64,000 bases of DNA, taken from Candidatus Latescibacterota bacterium. Its GTDB lineage: Bacteria; Latescibacterota; UBA2968; GCA-2709665. This document shows positions 59,388 through 64,000 of this stretch, piece after piece (within the stretch, counting starts at the first letter, position 1; every line of letters begins with the position of its first letter). Below the pieces are notes generated by a model. It worked only from the letters and a program-made list of their open reading frames with translations. It was not told the DNA's origin and did no database searches. The translations under genes were made by a program, and so were the position numbers. The DNA is taken from positions 864,001 to 928,000 of the forward strand of contig CBDCOX010000002.1 of assembly GCA_965219995.1 (NCBI GenBank). The letters run 5' to 3'.

Positions 59388-62300
59388 TTCTCCCCGATCT
59401 TGCGGTCCGGCGCCCTGTAACGACGTCGATGTTCTTCGCCGCATTCGCCATATTGGGAATCGTGTCGTGGACTCGGCTTCCGGTACAGCTCTTTCCGGAG
59501 CTGATCTTTCCGGAGGTGTTCGTCACGCTGTCGCTGCAGGGGGCCTCTCCTGAACAGGTGGAACGAGATCTTCTGATTCCCGTTGAAGGGGAGATCGGCA
59601 AGCTGGACGGCGTCCAGGAGATGGAGTCGTTCGCGATGGCCAACAGGGGGGGTATTCGTATATCCTACGCGCCCGACGTGGATATGAAATTCGCCCTTCT
59701 TCAACTGCAGAGCAACCTGAACAGATTGCAGCCGACGCTGCCCGAACGTACTCAGTCCGACGTCAGGAGGTTCGATTCGACGGATCTCAGCAGCAGCATT
59801 ATGGAGCTTCACGTGCTCGCCGACTGGGACCTGAACCCGTTGCGGGAGTTCACGGAGGAGAAAATCCGGCCCAAGCTGGAGTCTGTCGACGGTGTCGTCA
59901 ATGTGTCCGTATTGGGCGGACGGCGCAGCGCCGTGGAAATCGTCCTGGATCCGTTCCTGCTGGAGGCGCATGGCCTTTCGACGGGACAGGTTCGGGCACG
60001 CCTGAACAGCTATAACCGGCGGCGTGAGTACCTGGGGCGTGTATACGAAGGGAATCGGGCCTATTCGGTGAGCATTCAGGGGCAGTTTACGGACCTGCGT
60101 CAGATTCGCGATCTCGTCCTGAACGCGGACGGCACGCTCAGGCTGGGCGACGTTTCCCGGGTGGGATTCGGACTCCAGGATCAGGCCGATCGTCACAGAG
60201 TCAATGGAAGACCGTCGGTGGGCGTCCGGATCCAGAAGGACGACGAAGCAAATCTGATCGAGGTTGCCGCGGCGGTCGAAGCCGCCATCGGCCGTCTGAA
60301 TCGGGACTTCGCGAGCGAGGGTGTGGAACTGGGCGTGAGTTCCTCACAGGCGGATCTGATGACCGGAGCGCTTTCCACCCTGAAGCAGGCGGCCATTGCC
60401 GGCGCCGTGCTCGGACTGATCGTGCTCTTTCTGTTTCTTCGGAACCTTCGCTTCGTCTCGGTCCTCCTGCTTGCCATTCCGATTTCTCTCCTGATGACCT
60501 TCAATCTGATGTACCTCGGCGGACTGTCCGTCAACGTGCTGTCTCTGTGCGGTCTCGCCCTGGCGATGGGCATGCTTGCTGACAACGGCATCGTGGTGAT
60601 GGAGAACATCTTCAAACACTACGAGCGTGGCAAGTCGCCCGCCGACGCGGCACGGGACGGGGCGGCCGAGGTCGGGCGGGCCGTGGTTGCGGCAACCGCA
60701 ACCACCGTAACCGCTTTCCTGCCGGTTCTGTTCATCGAGAGCGACGCGCGGGACCTGCTGCGGGAACTCGCGTTGTCCATGGCGTTTCCGCTGCTGGCGT
60801 CACTGCTGGTGGCCCTGACGCTGGTTCCGGCCCTCGCCGTACGGGCGCTGAGCCGCGGGGTCCGGCAGCCGCCCGACGTTCGCGGGTTGCTCGAGCGGTA
60901 TACGCTGCTGCTGAAGACTGCGCTGCGTCACCGCGCATCGGTGGTCCTGTCCGCAGGGGTGGCGCTCGCGCTGACACTCGTGCTGGCGTTCTTCTACCTG
61001 CTGCAACAGCAGGTGCGCAGGGAGGAGACACGTTTTACGGTCTACGTGAACCTTCCGGAAGGGGCCACGCTGGACGCGACGGACGAGGTCGTGAAACAGG
61101 TGGAAGCGTCCGTACGGGATGTGCCCGGTCTGGACCGGTTTACGACGTCGGTCCGTGAGGCGGAAGCCGACGTGAACGTATTGCTTGACAGACGTTCTGA
61201 CCGGCCAGGCGGCATCTCGCTGGATGAAATCAAAGAGCAACTCGACGACAAACTGCAGAATGTACAGGGAGGTGTTGTCGGATACGAACCCAGGCCCCGT
61301 GCGGGGAGGGGCGGCCGCGGGCAGGGGATCGGTCAACGTCGGAGACGCAGTTCAGGTGGATTCGATCTGACCGGGGCCACGCCGAACGAGCAGGTTGTGG
61401 TTCGAGGGTACGACTTTACGATACTGACGATGATTGCCAATGACCTGGTTTACCGCCTCGAAGAACTGGAGGAGGTGGATGCCAACAGTGTGCGCGCCGA
61501 CGCCGAACGGAGTTCGCCCGAGGTGCAGGTGATACCCGATGCGGCCGCCCTGTTCGACCGGCGACTTGGCGCACAGGAAGTGCTCGCCGCCATGGGTGAC
61601 ACCCGTTGGGACGGGTTTCGCACAACGGTCCCGTTCCTGCTGCCCGATGCAACCGAGGTACCCATCGAAGTGCGTACGATCGAAGAGGAGGAACGCGACC
61701 GGTACGGGCTGGCTGAGTTCAGGCGTTCACGCATTCTGAACCGGGACGGGCATTTCGTACCGCTTTCCGAAGTGGCGAGGGTCCGGACGGATGAGGGACG
61801 GAGCAGCCTGTTGCGGACCGACCAGACCCGTCGGATTGTGGTTTCCTACCGGTTTCCTTCGGAGATTCTGGATTCCCAGCCGCGTTTGGATCTTGCGAGA
61901 CGGGTCGTGCGAACAACGCTGCAGGACATGGTTCTGCCGGAGGGGTATTCGATCGAAATCATCGAGGCGCACGAGGAGATGATCTACTATTGGATGATGG
62001 CGATCGCCGCGGTCCTCATCTATATGATTCTGGCGTCGTTGTTTGAATCTTTCGCCTCTCCGGTCATCATTCTGTGTACGCTGCCGCCCGCGGCCATCGG
62101 CTCCTGCTGGGCGCTGATGATGTCGGGCACGGGCCTCAGCCAGCAGGAGGGTCCCATGGCGCTTCTGGGCTTTATCGTCCTGCTGGGCATTGCGGTAAAC
62201 AACGGAATCATCCTGATCGACGCGGTCGGCGTGCTCAGGACCCGATTCGGCTTTCGCCGGGAACGCGCGGTGCTGACCGCGGCGCGGTCGCGTGTTCGAC

Positions 62301-64000
62301 CCATCCTGATGACAACGGCCACGACGCTTCTGGGCGTTCTTCCACTGGCGCTCGAATACGGCGGCGATTTTGAGATCTGGCCACCTTTCGCAATTACCGT
62401 TCTGGGCGGGCTTTCGGTATCCATGGTCTCCACGCTGATCCTGATTCCGGTGGTATACATGGGGCTGGATCAGATCCGCGCCTGGCTTGCCGACATGGGG
62501 GTTATTGCCGTCACGCTGTCGCTGCTGGCGACTGCCGCGGCCGGCTACGGAGTTTACGTCAGGTATGAAAGCGTTTTCTGGGCTACTCTGTCGATTTTAC
62601 CCATCTGGTGTGCATTTCTTACGGCGGTATGGATCGTCCTGAGGGTACATCGCGCTCGAGTCGCAGCCCGGCGCGCATCCGGCGCCGTTCATTCCATTCA
62701 GCTGAGAAATCTTACCAAGGTTTACGGCGCGCCGGGGCGCTTTGTACGGGAGTGGGCACGCAATGAGCGCCGGCGAGGGCGGTTGATGGAAACCGGGCCG
62801 GGTCCACATGACCGCAAGGCGGTTCGTGACGCGCTCATCTGGAAGCTGCCATTGCTCGCGCTGTTATCGGTCTTCACGACCTATTTCGAGGACGAAATCT
62901 GGATCTATCTACACGGGCTGGCGCTGGCATTCATGCTTTGGCACGTGGGTCGATGCGTCGGAGAACTGAGGGAAACGCAATTTCCGGCGCCGATCGCCCG
63001 CATTGGCAATCTGCTGCTCAAAACCGTGCTGCCATTGACGTTTGTCGCTTATGTGCACTGGCGGCTGAACCTGCTCTCGGTCACGCTTGCCTCGTTCGGG
63101 CTATGGGCGGCCTATCGGCTGGTGCGGCGGCTCGCCGACAGGGTGCGTTCGGGGGAGATCAATCCCGACGGACTGTCCGGACGTTTCGCGCGGCCGCGCC
63201 GGTGGTGCTATCGGTTGGCCTCGGCCATGCCGATCGTCGGCGTTCCCCGGCCGGAATTTCGGGCGCTGGCGGGCGTCAATCTGGAAATCGGCAGGGGGAT
63301 GTTCGGACTTCTGGGTCCCAATGGCGCCGGAAAGACCACACTGATGCGCATTCTCTGCCGGGTACTCGAACCCAGCTACGGCTCCATTCTGATCGACGGT
63401 CGAAACATCCTGAATCGGGAGTCGATTCACGGTCTGATTGGCTACCTGCCGCAGCACTTCGGCAACTACGGACACCTTTCCGCATACGAGTATCTGGAGT
63501 ACCGGGCGCTTCTGGAGGGCTACAAGGACCGGAAAACCCGCGACGCCCGGGTGATCGAATCTCTGGAACAGGTCAATCTGATCGAACGGAAAGACGATCC
63601 CGTCGGCTCCTTTTCAGGCGGAATGAAGCAGCGCCTCGGCATCGCTCAGACCCTCCTGCACACCCCGCGGATCGTGGTGGTGGACGAGCCCACGGCGGGG
63701 CTCGATCCCCTGGAGCGCATCCGGTTCCGAAACCTGCTTGCCAGGTTGAGCCAGGATCGCATTGTCATTTTCTCCACGCACATCGTGGAAGATATCTCCG
63801 GTAGCTGCAATCGCCTGGCAGTGCTGGACCAGGGGTGTCTTCTGTATACGGGAACGCCGGTGGAAATGAGGAATCTGGCGAAAGGACGGGTGTGGGACGC
63901 GGTGGTTTCGGAGGGGCGCTTTTCCGGGATGGAGGACGAACTGAGGCTCATATCACATCAGCGAACCCCCGCTGGAGTCCGGATGCGGTTCCTCTCGGAA
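59384..64000 (+). CDS. RND permease - extra TM - ABC ATPase fusion protein (at least 1539 aa, runs off the window)
   Basis: GTG overlapping the upstream TGA, with GGAGG RBS. RND motifs GMLADNGIVVMEN, GIAVNNGI and RVRPILMT. The 62462-63340 junction was translated by hand with no stop. Then [24 protein letters not shown] and STH. Confidence 0.9.
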   Translation, partial: MILPDLAVRRPVTTSMFFAAFAILGIVSWTRLPVQLFPELIFPEVFVTLSLQGASPEQVERDLLIPVEGEIGKLDGVQEMESFAMANRGGIRISYAPDVDMKFALLQLQSNLNRLQPTLPERTQSDVRRFDSTDLSSSIMELHVLADWDLNPLREFTEEKIRPKLESVDGVVNVSVLGGRRSAVEIVLDPFLLEAHGLSTGQVRARLNSYNRRREYLGRVYEGNRAYSVSIQGQFTDLRQIRDLVLNADGTLRLGDVSRVGFGLQDQADRHRVNGRPSVGVRIQKDDEANLIEVAAAVEAAIGRLNRDFASEGVELGVSSSQADLMTGALSTLKQAAIAGAVLGLIVLFLFLRNLRFVSVLLLAIPISLLMTFNLMYLGGLSVNVLSLCGLALAMGMLADNGIVVMENIFKHYERGKSPADAARDGAAEVGRAVVAATATTVTAFLPVLFIESDARDLLRELALSMAFPLLASLLVALTLVPALAVRALSRGVRQPPDVRGLLERYTLLLKTALRHRASVVLSAGVALALTLVLAFFYLLQQQVRREETRFTVYVNLPEGATLDATDEVVKQVEASVRDVPGLDRFTTSVREAEADVNVLLDRRSDRPGGISLDEIKEQLDDKLQNVQGGVVGYEPRPRAGRGGRGQGIGQRRRRSSGGFDLTGATPNEQVVVRGYDFTILTMIANDLVYRLEELEEVDANSVRADAERSSPEVQVIPDAAALFDRRLGAQEVLAAMGDTRWDGFRTTVPFLLPDATEVPIEVRTIEEEERDRYGLAEFRRSRILNRDGHFVPLSEVARVRTDEGRSSLLRTDQTRRIVVSYRFPSEILDSQPRLDLARRVVRTTLQDMVLPEGYSIEIIEAHEEMIYYWMMAIAAVLIYMILASLFESFASPVIILCTLPPAAIGSCWALMMSGTGLSQQEGPMALLGFIVLLGIAVNNGIILIDAVGVLRTRFGFRRERAVLTAARSRVRPILMTTATTLLGVLPLALEYGGDFEIWPPFAITVLGGLSVSMVSTLILIPVVYMGLDQIRAWLADMGVIAVTLSLLATAAAGYGVYVRYESVFWATLSILPIWCAFLTAVWIVLRVHRARVAARRASGAVHSIQLRNLTKVYGAPGRFVREWARNERRRGRLMETGPGPHDRKAVRDALIWKLPLLALLSVFTTYFEDEIWIYLHGLALAFMLWHVGRCVGELRETQFPAPIARIGNLLLKTVLPLTFVAYVHWRLNLLSVTLASFGLWAAYRLVRRLADRVRSGEINPDGLSGRFARPRRWCYRLASAMPIVGVPRPEFRALAGVNLEIGRGMFGLLGPNGAGKTTLMRILCRVLEPSYGSILIDGRNILNRESIHGLIGYLPQHFGNYGHLSAYEYLEYRALLEGYKDRKTRDARVIESLEQVNLIERKDDPVGSFSGGMKQRLGIAQTLLHTPRIVVVDEPTAGLDPLERIRFRNLLARLSQDRIVIFSTHIVEDISGSCNRLAVLDQGCLLYTGTPVEMRNLAKGRVWDAVVSEGRFSGMEDELRLISHQRTPAGVRMRFLSE

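Noticed and set aside
62938-63804. 288-aa ORF listed in the track as a separate gene
   Set aside because: It is in the wrong frame; the ABC motifs lie in the frame continuing from 59384.

Overview
GC-rich bacterial chromosomal window with no phage, CRISPR or IS transposase visible. A FlgD-Ig/T9SS-like C-terminal domain, the lpt-rpoN gene order and the gene content suggest an FCB-related diderm such as Latescibacterota (inference only). Left to right: truncated arsS-like radical SAM gene and arsC; aminotransferase plus ceramidase-like pair; FAD/Fe-S oxidoreductase-acyP-apt; tRNA-Arg(CCT); core block ruvX-mltG-pcrA-gatC-pyrG-lptC-lptA-lptB-rpoN; a putative VOC/HPPD-like orphan; a five-lamin-tail-domain secreted protein behind a consensus sigma54 site; PP2C, ALDH and HU; a selenocysteine NAD-linked formate dehydrogenase operon (the ORF track splits its alpha subunit at the Sec UGA); an eight-gene methyl/N-formyl metabolic cluster; and a hybrid ABC/RND export operon. 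The most striking items are (1) a gene missing from the ORF track (59384 to the window end) that fuses a complete RND permease to an ABC ATPase interrupted by a membrane insert, and (2) a homocysteine methyltransferase fused to a SAM-dependent methyltransferase. All calls come from reading motifs by eye; no database search was run.
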